From: Cyanobacteria bacterium auto_48_18
Lineage (GTDB): Bacteria; Cyanobacteriota; Vampirovibrionia; Obscuribacterales; Obscuribacteraceae
Assembly (NCBI GenBank): GCA_036170915.1
Contig: JAVHQC010000029.1
Location: 325,437-389,436, forward strand
Reading direction: 5' to 3'
Length of the DNA: 64,000 bases
The first letter of the stretch is position 1. Every line of letters starts with the position of its first letter. Shown here piece after piece: positions 39,319 through 48,737 of the stretch. The position numbers and the translations under genes were made by a program. Under the pieces are notes generated by a model, which worked only from the letters and a program-made list of their open reading frames with translations, was not told where the DNA came from and searched no databases.

Positions 39319-39774
39319 TTAGCGAACGCGAATAGAAGTGTGTCTGTTATAAGTAGTCACTCGTTTTGCTTTTGGTTTCACATAAGTACGCACTCTGGCG
39401 CTGCTTCTGCGCGTTGTGGTCTGAGCGGCGGCAGTTGGTACCGTGCCCACACGTGTCTGAGTAGTGGTAGACTTTCGCGAAGAACTGCCAGTAGTGACCA
39501 GACCTGGAGAGCCTGTATTAGTAGACTGGGTGTGGCTCATAGACGACGACTGGGTGGCATTCGGGAGCGGTGACTGACTGGTATTCTGTGTACCAGCCTG
39601 AGTCGAATTTTGTGTGGAAGCTCCGCTTTCTGCCTGTGGGGCAGAAGACTGAGAGCTGTTCTGGGTGCCGGCCATGCTGCTTGATTGCGTTTCACCCGCA
39701 AAGACAGCCATTGTGCTCAACGGCACGGCGCATATGGCTAAAGCGACAGTAACTGCCTTTTTCAAAATCACCAT
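39319..39774 (-). CDS. Exported Ser/Thr/Gln-rich low-complexity protein with a basic tail
   Basis: GAGG RBS before ATG 39774; signal peptide ending AVFA. Confidence 0.7.
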   Translation of the reverse strand: MVILKKAVTVALAICAVPLSTMAVFAGETQSSSMAGTQNSSQSSAPQAESGASTQNSTQAGTQNTSQSPLPNATQSSSMSHTQSTNTGSPGLVTTGSSSRKSTTTQTRVGTVPTAAAQTTTRRSSARVRTYVKPKAKRVTTYNRHTSIRVR

Positions 39775-39923
39775 GGTCTTGTTCCTCATTAAACGATTGC
39801 GCAGCAGGCGACGGGCCACCAGGGTGAAAGTTCCAGACGCCGGGGGGATATGAGTCAAACTTTACGGTGGTGATTATCAGCCGCAACGCTCCACGGGTCA
39901 GCGCCGCGGGCATAAACTGAACT

Positions 39924-40601
39924 ATGGCGAAAATTCTCCTGGTTGATGACGATGACGAGCTTCTGTCAGTGGTTTCTGAATCACTGACTAAAGATGGTCA
40001 CAAAATCGAATTGTGCTATTCGAAAACCGAAGCAAACGAAATGCTCGGCGACAATCAGTTTGATCTTTTAGTCTTTGATGTCACCCTGCCCGACGGCAGC
40101 GGCTTTGATCTTTGCAAAGAATATCGCGCCAGGGGTGGTATCACTCCAATTTTAATGCTCACCGGTAAATCAGACGAGCGCGATAAAGAATTGGGGCTCG
40201 ACCTGGGCGCCGACGATTATTTGACCAAACCATTTGGCTTAAGAGAACTGGCAGCCCGTATGCGAGCGCTATTGCGCCGGCCGGCGGCAATGGTGGCAGA
40301 AGTGGTGCAACTGAATAATTTAAAAATTGATTTATCAAATCGAAAGTTGTTCAGAAACGATCAAGAGGTGCGGTTGCAGCCTTTAGATTTTTCACTGCTG
40401 GAATTTTTTATCAAGCATCCTAATCAAGTTTTGAGTCAAGAGACTATTCTCAACCGCGTATGGAACTCATACACTGAAAGCGGCGTAGAGGCGCTTAGAG
40501 CAGCGGTTAAGCGCATTCGCAAAGAAATCGATCAAGAAGGAAGCGAATCATTGATAGAAACCATTCACAAAGTCGGATATGCCTTCAGGCCAGGTCCCTA
40601 A
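39924..40601 (+). CDS. OmpR-family response regulator
   Basis: ILLVDDD, FDVTLPDG, GADDYLTKPF, IETIHKVGY. Confidence 0.95.
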   Translation: MAKILLVDDDDELLSVVSESLTKDGHKIELCYSKTEANEMLGDNQFDLLVFDVTLPDGSGFDLCKEYRARGGITPILMLTGKSDERDKELGLDLGADDYLTKPFGLRELAARMRALLRRPAAMVAEVVQLNNLKIDLSNRKLFRNDQEVRLQPLDFSLLEFFIKHPNQVLSQETILNRVWNSYTESGVEALRAAVKRIRKEIDQEGSESLIETIHKVGYAFRPGP

Positions 40602-40616
40602 AATGGAGATCTGCTG

Positions 40617-42080
40617 ATGCGCCTGTCACTGCTGCATAGACTGCCTTTGTTGCATAAAGGTTTATTGCTGGTGAGCATTCCTCTATGCTTTGAACTCGGC
40701 ATATTCTCTCTTCTTCTCTCTCTGCAAAACGACATGGCGATTGAATCTGCGCGTATCAACAAAGCTCGCATGATTGGCGATACGGTCAATAAAGTCACTC
40801 ACAAATTGCTAATTGTGCAAGAAATTTTTCAAGTAAATCAGAATCCATTTGCAGCCGCTAAGGAAATTCGCGCAGGCATGGCTGAGCTAAAAAATGACTT
40901 TGCAAAACTTGCAGAACTAACAGTCGACAGCAAGCCACCCGTTCACGAAAACGTGCTAGCAAGCGAGATTGAACTAGATAAAATCACAAAAGAGCTAGAC
41001 AAAGTGAAGACAATGTTGGCCACTGGCCAGATTGAAGATTTCAACAATATATCTAAACTATTTCGCCCGAAACTGAACGAGCATTTTAGAAAAATTGTTT
41101 CACTTGGATTATTCGAACTGGCCGCTTCAAGCGCTGAAGAAATAGACACCGACCAATCTAATGCCATTCGCAATCAGACAACTTTTTTACTCAAATTAGC
41201 CGTTGCCACCAGCGCACTGATTGGTCTGCTTGGCGCGTGGCTTTACAGCCGTCATCTGGTATCACGTTTAAATATCGTGATGGAAAACGCCGGTCGCCTT
41301 GGTGAGCGCAAGCCTCTACTAGAGCCAATTAGCGGCAACGATGAAATTGCCGGGCTCGATGACGCTCTGCACCAGGCAGCACAATTAATTGAACATCTAG
41401 ACCAGGCAAGAGAAGAAGTAATCGGCATGGTCAGCCATGATATAAGAAGCCCACTGACCACCATTAAGTGTACCGGAGAAGCACTAGAATTGCGGCTTGA
41501 TGGCGCACTCGACGAGCGCGGCAAAGCACTTTTAAAAACAATTGAAGGCAACTGCGATCGCATATTGCGCATCAGTCAAGATCTGCTTGATATGCAAAAA
41601 ATAGAATCAGGAATGCTTTCTATTCAAAGGCAAAAAACTAATGTCAGTGACTGTTTAACGGCCGCTATAGAAGCCACCGATGGGTTGCGACACAATCGCG
41701 GCATCACCATTGAATCAAATCTGATACCACTGGAAGCGAATATTGACGCAGGCAGAATCGAACAAGTGGTGACTAATTTGCTTTCTAATGCAATTAAACA
41801 TTCCCCCCGCAATGGCATCGTGCGCCTCTCTTTGCAGAATGATAAAGATGCCGACTATATTCTCATCGCTGTTAGCGACAGCGGCAGAGGCGTGCCTGAA
41901 CATTTAAAAGAAGCAATTTTTGATCGCTTTCAACAGGTGAGCGAAGAAGATTCTAGTCGCGGCACCGGGCTTGGGTTGGCAATTTGCAAAGCCTTAATTG
42001 AATTGCACGATGGAAGAATCGGGGTTGATTCGCTTTCACCAACCGGCAGCCAGTTCTGGATTCTATTGCCAAAGAATTGA
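40617..42080 (+). CDS. Membrane sensor histidine kinase (HAMP-HisKA-HATPase)
   Basis: VSHDIRSPL, NLLSNAIKH, DSGRGV, GTGLGLAI. Confidence 0.95.
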   Translation: MRLSLLHRLPLLHKGLLLVSIPLCFELGIFSLLLSLQNDMAIESARINKARMIGDTVNKVTHKLLIVQEIFQVNQNPFAAAKEIRAGMAELKNDFAKLAELTVDSKPPVHENVLASEIELDKITKELDKVKTMLATGQIEDFNNISKLFRPKLNEHFRKIVSLGLFELAASSAEEIDTDQSNAIRNQTTFLLKLAVATSALIGLLGAWLYSRHLVSRLNIVMENAGRLGERKPLLEPISGNDEIAGLDDALHQAAQLIEHLDQAREEVIGMVSHDIRSPLTTIKCTGEALELRLDGALDERGKALLKTIEGNCDRILRISQDLLDMQKIESGMLSIQRQKTNVSDCLTAAIEATDGLRHNRGITIESNLIPLEANIDAGRIEQVVTNLLSNAIKHSPRNGIVRLSLQNDKDADYILIAVSDSGRGVPEHLKEAIFDRFQQVSEEDSSRGTGLGLAICKALIELHDGRIGVDSLSPTGSQFWILLPKN

Positions 42081-42091
42081 CTTAATCAGCT

Positions 42092-44089
42092 CTAGTTATC
42101 GCCGTGCACCAGCTGTGGCTGAACAACGCGATCTTGGCGCAAACCAAGGGCCTTGCGCAAGTCTTTCTTCTCAAACATCAACTTATCACCACGATACTTG
42201 AGCGCTTCCATTGCTTCGCCTTGCTTCCACTGCACGGCCCCAGTGCTCACACCTACCACTAGCTCGCCGCCTACTGGAGACTCGAAGACACCAAGTGGCC
42301 TGACACCATTGACGTTGAGATGCGGACGTTCTACATGCGGAATGTCGACGCGCAAGGCAGTAGGATCAACGGCACTATGAAATTTCTCTGGCAGTCTGAA
42401 GGCTTTCATTCCTGACTGTAAATACTTGAGTCCGGGCATCGATTCTAGAATGCGACTCAATGCCTCTTTTGCAATCATCTGGTCTCTAAAGACATCATCA
42501 ACCTGAGCTTGTGTACTGATCTTTTTCTCTACCAAGATTTCACCAAGCAGCTGCTTCTTGTCTGCCGGTTGCTTAGCTTGAATAGCAATTGCTTCGGATA
42601 TTTGAGCTTCTGTGGCATAGCCTTTAACTTTCAACATCTGGCCAATTTGAGGCAAAAATCTGAAAGAAGCCTGCTGAGCGAATTTGGCTATATCAGCATC
42701 GTTATATACTTGCACAGTGCGGCCATCGAAGACCTGATTTTCAGGCAAACCTGTGCGCTCTTGCAAGCGTTTGACCTCGGCCTTAATGATCTCGGGCTTG
42801 AGACTTTCGCCGGTGAGCGACATGCGCGCAGAAACCAATTCTGCGGCCAGATCGCTCATGGGCTGCCCCTCACCAGTAGGCGTAGAGCGAGGGATGTCTT
42901 TTATTTTGGCCAGCTGGCCAGGAAAATTCTGATGCAGTTGAGCGGGCGTGGGGGCCTCTTTGCCTACAGCGATACGCATGGTTTTTTCAAAACCTGATGC
43001 CAGATTTTCGGCATGAGCGAGATTGGTATTGGGCAAGACCACCATAAATTCATCGCCACCCTCGCGCACAGGTTTATCGGTTCCGCGAGAAAAATACTTT
43101 TTGATTTGAGCGGCTACTTCTTTTAGAACTTGATCGCCTTGATGGTGACCAAATTTATCGTTAACACCTTTAAAGCCGTCGAGGTCCATATATGTCATTG
43201 ACAGCGGCTCTTGCTGTCGATCAGCCCGAGCGATTTCACTTCTCAAAACATCATCGCCGCCAGCTTTATTTTTCAAGCCGGTTAGATTGTCTACCTGGGC
43301 CATTTCTTTGGCTTTGGTGTGATAGCCCTTCTGGTGCAACTCTATTGGACCAAGAGAAAAAATTGGTTCACCATTGGCAATGCGGTCTTGCACTTTGGCT
43401 TTAATTGCTTGAGTGCCTCTGGTGGCACCATGATCGAGAGCCCCGAACATAGCACCGAAGGCAGCGTAGGAGACAACATTGCCTTTGACTTCCGAATAAG
43501 TCGGCGTGCGACCATCAAGACCGGCACCCAATACAGAATGCGTCAGTCCGCCGCCAGCGCCAGCGGCACCATTGATGGTGACTGTTTTAAATAGACCTTC
43601 TGATCTGGCTAAAAGTGGAATTTTGCCCAGGCCCAGAGCAGCACCGTCCATAGTGGCAAAGGTGCCGAAGCCCAGAGCCGCGCTTTTTAATTTATTCATA
43701 CCAAAGTCTTTTTCGGCAGCGGGCTGAAATACCTCAAAAAGAGCACCGCTAACACCAGCCTCTAAGATTGGAACTGACGTAGCGCGACCAAGAGCACTGC
43801 GTAAACCGCCCACACTTTTTGCCAGAACAAAGAACTCGGCCACGCTGCCGACCATGGCTCCGCCAGTGGTCCAATTATTGTCGTGCACCGGCGCTTTCAC
43901 AATCACCGGAGTTTCGGGCTCAAATGGGGTTGTGTGCCTGACGATTTGAACCACGCTCTCAACGGGCCGCTGCACAGATGTATACGCAGCCGATCTCAAG
44001 AGGTCAGAAACATTGGCTACAACGCCGCCTGGGCTCTCCTCTCGGGGAACCTCAGATTTGTCTGACCTGCTGTGATGAAGTGGGGACAT
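42092..44089 (-). CDS. Diguanylate cyclase with a split GGDEF domain and LysM-like/MshEN-like insert
   Basis: DNLTGLKN, DLDGFKGVNDKFGHHQGD, RGTD I-site, GGDEF. The final strand and helix (VGVSTGAVQW...RGDKLMFEKK) are displaced about 230 aa. Confidence 0.85.
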   Translation of the reverse strand: MSPLHHSRSDKSEVPREESPGGVVANVSDLLRSAAYTSVQRPVESVVQIVRHTTPFEPETPVIVKAPVHDNNWTTGGAMVGSVAEFFVLAKSVGGLRSALGRATSVPILEAGVSGALFEVFQPAAEKDFGMNKLKSAALGFGTFATMDGAALGLGKIPLLARSEGLFKTVTINGAAGAGGGLTHSVLGAGLDGRTPTYSEVKGNVVSYAAFGAMFGALDHGATRGTQAIKAKVQDRIANGEPIFSLGPIELHQKGYHTKAKEMAQVDNLTGLKNKAGGDDVLRSEIARADRQQEPLSMTYMDLDGFKGVNDKFGHHQGDQVLKEVAAQIKKYFSRGTDKPVREGGDEFMVVLPNTNLAHAENLASGFEKTMRIAVGKEAPTPAQLHQNFPGQLAKIKDIPRSTPTGEGQPMSDLAAELVSARMSLTGESLKPEIIKAEVKRLQERTGLPENQVFDGRTVQVYNDADIAKFAQQASFRFLPQIGQMLKVKGYATEAQISEAIAIQAKQPADKKQLLGEILVEKKISTQAQVDDVFRDQMIAKEALSRILESMPGLKYLQSGMKAFRLPEKFHSAVDPTALRVDIPHVERPHLNVNGVRPLGVFESPVGGELVVGVSTGAVQWKQGEAMEALKYRGDKLMFEKKDLRKALGLRQDRVVQPQLVHGDN

Positions 44090-44183
44090 TGATTCGGACA
44101 GCCTCTAGCCACTCTCTATATACCCACTGGTGCTCAAGTTGGACTAGTACTCAGGAAGGCATTTAGCGGCTTTTGACTACGCG

Positions 44184-44645
44184 CTACTTATTTTCTAGTG
44201 TGTAACCCTCAAGCTTGGCCCAGTTGCTAGCACCGCTGTGGCGGGGTGTATCTTTTTGGTTGATCGAATTTTTGTTCGCACCTTTCAATTCAGAGGTGTT
44301 TACTAAGGGGAAACCATTGCTGTCAAAGCAACTGGCCAATGGATCAGCCTTCCCACCAAGCATATAGTCGGCAAGCTTTCCGCCCTCAGCTGCTTTAGGC
44401 ATAGTTTTAGCAATGGCTTCTTTATAGGCATTAACCTCAACTGCAGACTGACCGTTATAAAGGTCAATCTGAGGAAATGACTTCATAACTTCTCGGCATT
44501 GAGCTGCGGCCTTATCATCGTTATTTGCCGTCTTACTTGCACCTTTATCGGTTTGGGCGGAAAGGCTTGCTAAGTTGAGAGAATCGTTTGGTACTAAGTT
44601 TTTTTGTTCTACTGCCTGTGCAGTGGAGTCATTACTTCTTTCCAT
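44184..44645 (-). CDS. Hypothetical protein
   Basis: GAGGAG RBS; 153 aa. Confidence 0.65.
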   Translation of the reverse strand: MERSNDSTAQAVEQKNLVPNDSLNLASLSAQTDKGASKTANNDDKAAAQCREVMKSFPQIDLYNGQSAVEVNAYKEAIAKTMPKAAEGGKLADYMLGGKADPLASCFDSNGFPLVNTSELKGANKNSINQKDTPRHSGASNWAKLEGYTLENK

Positions 44646-44851
44646 GGCCGCGCGCTCCTCGTTCTTTAGATTTCTACATTCCTACTTTAGGGTGTGAATG
44701 TGGCGAATCTATGGCGAACGTATGAGAATGTTTGAGCCACCGGCAGTGCCGTGCTAAGCCAGAAAAGTCCGCTTGACAAAACTGCCAGATATGGCGTATG
44801 AAGGGTATAACTAGTCGTATACACCTTATTTTGTGCTAACAACCTGGGGCG

Positions 44852-45256
44852 ATGATGCAAAAAGTTCGGTTCAATCTGGCCGTATTGAGGGCGACGCGCG
44901 GCAAGCTCACCCAGCGCGAAGTCTCCTTAGCCACAGGATTAAGTCAAAAAACTTTGAGCGCACTTGAAACCGGTTCGAGCAAGGGTGTCGAATTTGCCAC
45001 TCTTGCCAAACTTTGTCAGTTCCTCAAATGCATGCCGAATGACTTATTGATTCTCGAAGATGAAATCGAATTTGTCGCTCCGTCCGAAAAGTCGCTATCT
45101 AAAGCCAAAGAAATTATCAGCAAAGGTCTTGAACGGGCCATGAATGCACCTAGAAAAACACCTGAAGAAGTTTGGGCAGACTTTGACGCCCTGCGAAATA
45201 AGATCGCGGCTCAAAATGCAAATCAACAAGATGTTCGAGTCAACGAGGGTGCTTAA
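44852..45256 (+). CDS. XRE/Cro HTH protein, probable antitoxin
   Basis: LTQREVSLATGLSQKTLSALETG...LAKLCQFLKCMPNDLL; overlaps the PIN gene start. Confidence 0.85.
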   Translation: MMQKVRFNLAVLRATRGKLTQREVSLATGLSQKTLSALETGSSKGVEFATLAKLCQFLKCMPNDLLILEDEIEFVAPSEKSLSKAKEIISKGLERAMNAPRKTPEEVWADFDALRNKIAAQNANQQDVRVNEGA

Positions 45257-45686
45257 GGTAGTCCTCGATACGAATATTTTTGTAGCCGGATATTTGAGCA
45301 AAGCGAAGCTCGGATACGCTTCTCAAATTTTAGATCTTTGGCGCCGCGGTGAATTTACACTCGTCATGTCGCCACAAATACTGGAAGAGATTGTTGCAAA
45401 GCTTTTGGAAAAGGACATCTCAGAAGAGCTGCTGGAAGAGCTGGTTTTCGCGATTGGAAAAATTGCATTGTACATTCCAGGGGCGTACGAGACTAGCAGA
45501 TTAGTCTGTGTAGACCCGGATGACAACAAATTTTTGGCAGCAGCACTTGAAAGTCACGCCGACTTCGTTGTGTCCTACGACGCAAAAAGCCTCCTCCCGC
45601 TTAAGCACTTTCATGGCACGCAGATATTGCTACCAGAACTATTTGTTCGTCAGTTCGCGGCTTTAACTAATGAAGAGGACCACTAG
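45249..45686 (+). CDS. PIN-domain putative toxin
   Basis: GTG start; KVVLDTNIFV, DPDDNKFLAAA, VVSYD. Confidence 0.9.
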   Translation: MLKVVLDTNIFVAGYLSKAKLGYASQILDLWRRGEFTLVMSPQILEEIVAKLLEKDISEELLEELVFAIGKIALYIPGAYETSRLVCVDPDDNKFLAAALESHADFVVSYDAKSLLPLKHFHGTQILLPELFVRQFAALTNEEDH

Positions 45687-45690
45687 CCTA

Positions 45691-46317
45691 TCAGCGGGCA
45701 GCCTTAGCTCGCTGTGCCAACCGAAAAACTTCGAGGCGTTGTTGGGCTTCTTCAACCAGTACTAGCGATTTCTTAAATTGAAAGAACGGCGCGTCAGCTT
45801 CAGAGCTCGCGTCTTCGCAAAGATTGATCACGGCGTAGGCAACACTTTCTTTCAGTCGCACTTTCTCCCAAAGTATGCGAGCGCAAGTCTGACACATCTT
45901 AACGCCTGTGCCTTCGCCGGTGTGAAGCGGGCTTCCTTCATTGATTTTCTCGGCGCAGAAATGGCAGGCAGAGTCTGCTGGTGCCACAATTTCATCGGTG
46001 ACAATGCACTGGCATTTGACTGGGTCGCAACTACAGGTGTAGCTTGAAACTGTTGCTTCAATTTGGGCGACTATTTCGCTCGACTTCTCACCGCGCAAAT
46101 ATTCGGTCACACTTGCAGGTGGATACTCGTACTCATCAGTATTCACCTTGCCGTTGGCGCCCGGCAACTTGTTAGCCGCCTCGATAATTGCTTTGAGTTT
46201 GGCAACCTGCTGCGCTAGCTCTTGAAACTTATAGGTTTTAGCAATTTTGACAATTTCTTTTGTCTGCTTCTGAATCGCCACAGCCGCATCTTCAGCTACT
46301 TTCATTGTGCACTCCAC
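45691..46317 (-). CDS. Hypothetical protein with a ClpX-like C4 zinc finger
   Basis: CHFC-x20-CQTC and an extra CSC-x4-CQC cluster. Confidence 0.65.
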   Translation of the reverse strand: MECTMKVAEDAAVAIQKQTKEIVKIAKTYKFQELAQQVAKLKAIIEAANKLPGANGKVNTDEYEYPPASVTEYLRGEKSSEIVAQIEATVSSYTCSCDPVKCQCIVTDEIVAPADSACHFCAEKINEGSPLHTGEGTGVKMCQTCARILWEKVRLKESVAYAVINLCEDASSEADAPFFQFKKSLVLVEEAQQRLEVFRLAQRAKAAR

Positions 46318-46347
46318 TCGTCGATGAGTACATATTGTACTATCTCG

Positions 46348-47427
46348 TCACGGGTGTGAGGGTGCTCCAGGCAATCCCGGAACCCGACGAGCACTATATA
46401 TGATGGCCGCATTACCACTTGAACCGGTGCCAGGCAAGAAAGACGGATGCGAGTATAAGTATCCGCCCGGAAGCGGAATTTTCTGCTTGTTCGAGCCAGA
46501 AGGCGACATTAAGTACAGTCCAAGATTTTCAAGTTTTGTTCTATCAAAATTAACAAAGACGACGGTCTTTCCATCGCTAGACCACTCTGGTATAGCGCTA
46601 GTGACACCAGGGCTAGTTAATACTTGCTCTGCCCCAGTACTAACACTAACGCAAGCCACCCTCCAATCTACCCCGCCAAAATAGCGCATAAAGACAACCT
46701 TATCAGCACTTGGTGAAAGCCACGGATCGTAGTCGCCAAGCTTAAATCTATGGTCACTTGAAGTTGCTGCAATTTGCGGTTTTGTTAGCTGTCGCAATTC
46801 ACTACCATCCAATCTCATTGTATACAAGCAACACGGTGTCCTATTCGAGTCTAAGGGCACCACAGCAAAAACAACTCTTCCATTAACACAGTGGGGATCA
46901 GAAACCGCCATTGCCAAAGGCGTGGATACGCGTGCAGTCGATTTGGTTGATAAATGGTGCAACCTCAGCTCAGGCAACGACCGCAAATCTGATCTATGAA
47001 CGTACAAAACAGAATCGTTATCAACCCAACTGCTGTTAGCGTTTAGAACATCAGCTGCCGTAGGTTCAATAGAAAGTTGGTGCGAACCATCAATATCGGC
47101 AACAACTACTTCGGTATGCAAATAATCACTGCCATTCTCTTCTGCTATTCCACCACTAAGCAGTCGATTGTAGCGAGTAAAAGTAATGCGCTTGCCATCA
47201 GGAGAGACTCTGGGGTGCGACAGTTCGCGCTTCTCGTCAAATGAAATGGAACGAATGCCGCTGCCATCAAGCTTCGCTATATAAATTCCAAATAAGTCAT
47301 GGCCCCGGTAGCCGAAAAACCATGGACTTGACGCCACGATATTCTGCCAAAAAACTCCTATCAGAACAAGCGAGCCAGCCAGGAGCGCAAGCAATAGAGG
47401 TTTTCGTCGCATCTTAACGTTCTGCAT
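46348..47427 (-). CDS. TolB-like PD40 beta-propeller protein
   Basis: PRVSPDGKRITF, PWLSPSADKVVF, PEWSSDGKTVVF; N-terminal TM/signal. Confidence 0.85.
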   Translation of the reverse strand: MQNVKMRRKPLLLALLAGSLVLIGVFWQNIVASSPWFFGYRGHDLFGIYIAKLDGSGIRSISFDEKRELSHPRVSPDGKRITFTRYNRLLSGGIAEENGSDYLHTEVVVADIDGSHQLSIEPTAADVLNANSSWVDNDSVLYVHRSDLRSLPELRLHHLSTKSTARVSTPLAMAVSDPHCVNGRVVFAVVPLDSNRTPCCLYTMRLDGSELRQLTKPQIAATSSDHRFKLGDYDPWLSPSADKVVFMRYFGGVDWRVACVSVSTGAEQVLTSPGVTSAIPEWSSDGKTVVFVNFDRTKLENLGLYLMSPSGSNKQKIPLPGGYLYSHPSFLPGTGSSGNAAIIYSARRVPGLPGAPSHP

Positions 47428-47505
47428 CCTTGCTAGTAAAAAGGCCTGCGTTGAGGCAGACAGCGATTTTATCAGAACGCAGCTTTACTTGCCGCAGCGC
47501 GTCTT

Positions 47506-48405
47506 CTATAACAAGGCAATAAATTTTTTGACGCCGCTGCGGAGGCCCGGATACTCCATCATCACCTTGTCTTCGTGATCGGCACCGTCTATTCGTATAT
47601 ATGTTTTTGGCATGGCCGCAGTTGCGAACAATTCATCTGAGCGTTTGATTTTTACTAATCGATCTGCCGTACCTGAGATCAATAGTTTGGGCACAGTTGA
47701 ATTTTTCAAGGCAGTTAGATTGTCCAGCTTTTTGCAGGCGTCGCTAAAAGCGAAGTCAGGATAATAATTGAGAAAGTCGAAGGTATCACACGCTGTGTGT
47801 CTTAGCGATGAAAGCGGGCAAAGCAAAATCACTCCGGCGCATTTATAGTTAGAGGCCAGGCGGCCGGCCACCAGAGTACCCAATGATTCACCGGCAAGAA
47901 TGATTCCATTAAGTGGCAGCTTTTTCACATCAGTCAGATATTTGAGCGCACCAGTGCCATCTTCGCAAATACCTTGCATAGATGGCTCTCCTGTACTTTT
48001 GCCATAACCCGAATAATCGTAGACCAATATCGAGCAGCCGATTTGCAAGAATTGTTCAGCTAGATAGCGCCTGTCTGTGCAGTTGTACGCACTGCCCTGG
48101 CTCAGTAGCACCGTCTTTTGGGCGCCTGGCAATTCATACAGCAGTCCGTGAAGGTTATTGCCGTTTTCTGATTTAAAGTCGGCGTCTTTAGGTTTGATAC
48201 CGCAAATGGTGGCATAGCTCCAGTCGCCGGTAGGATATTTAGTTGGTTGAAAAATCAACTTGTTATAAAGGGGCTGTGCAACAACAGGCGACAGTAGAAC
48301 GTAGATTGCCAATGGCAGAAGCACAAAGATGATAAACGAGCAGATTGCCACACCGCGTACGATGAAAGCCCATCGAATTGTTTTAGACATTTTTGTTGGG
48401 TCCAT
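47506..48405 (-). CDS. Membrane-anchored alpha/beta hydrolase (BEM46/ABHD13-like)
   Basis: YDYSGYGKSTGEPS, GESLG, GTADRLV, GADH. Confidence 0.88.
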   Translation of the reverse strand: MDPTKMSKTIRWAFIVRGVAICSFIIFVLLPLAIYVLLSPVVAQPLYNKLIFQPTKYPTGDWSYATICGIKPKDADFKSENGNNLHGLLYELPGAQKTVLLSQGSAYNCTDRRYLAEQFLQIGCSILVYDYSGYGKSTGEPSMQGICEDGTGALKYLTDVKKLPLNGIILAGESLGTLVAGRLASNYKCAGVILLCPLSSLRHTACDTFDFLNYYPDFAFSDACKKLDNLTALKNSTVPKLLISGTADRLVKIKRSDELFATAAMPKTYIRIDGADHEDKVMMEYPGLRSGVKKFIALL

Positions 48406-48412
48406 TAAAACT

Positions 48413-48664
48413 TCACGGCAGTGCTCTATTTAGGAAGTAATCAGCGTTTTCCTTCAAATTATCCACCCTGCAAAAAGCAAGATATAGAAACCCTAATAGT
48501 ATTTCTAGTAGCGGCATCCACACAGGAAAGGGAAAAGACAAATCTGGTGGCATCAGATTTTGTTCGGCACTAATAATGAGAAAGAGCCAGGCAAGCAGTA
48601 AGCTTTGCCAGTTTCGAATGCCCATTTCTGCCTTCAGCGTATCAGTTGAACTTTGCCGACACAA
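48413..48664 (-). CDS. Small hypothetical membrane protein
   Basis: Two hydrophobic segments; start probably near MGIRNW. Confidence 0.45.
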   Translation of the reverse strand: MCRQSSTDTLKAEMGIRNWQSLLLAWLFLIISAEQNLMPPDLSFPFPVWMPLLEILLGFLYLAFCRVDNLKENADYFLNRALP

Positions 48665-48737
48665 ATTGGACCAAACACTTTGAGAATTGTTTGGTGGTGA
48701 ATCAAGGCGGTTCCAAGATGGCGCCCTGCTGCTAGAT

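Noticed and set aside
45144..45248. N-terminal extension of the PIN protein
   Set aside because: It overlaps the antitoxin gene; the PIN motif starts right after GTG 45249.
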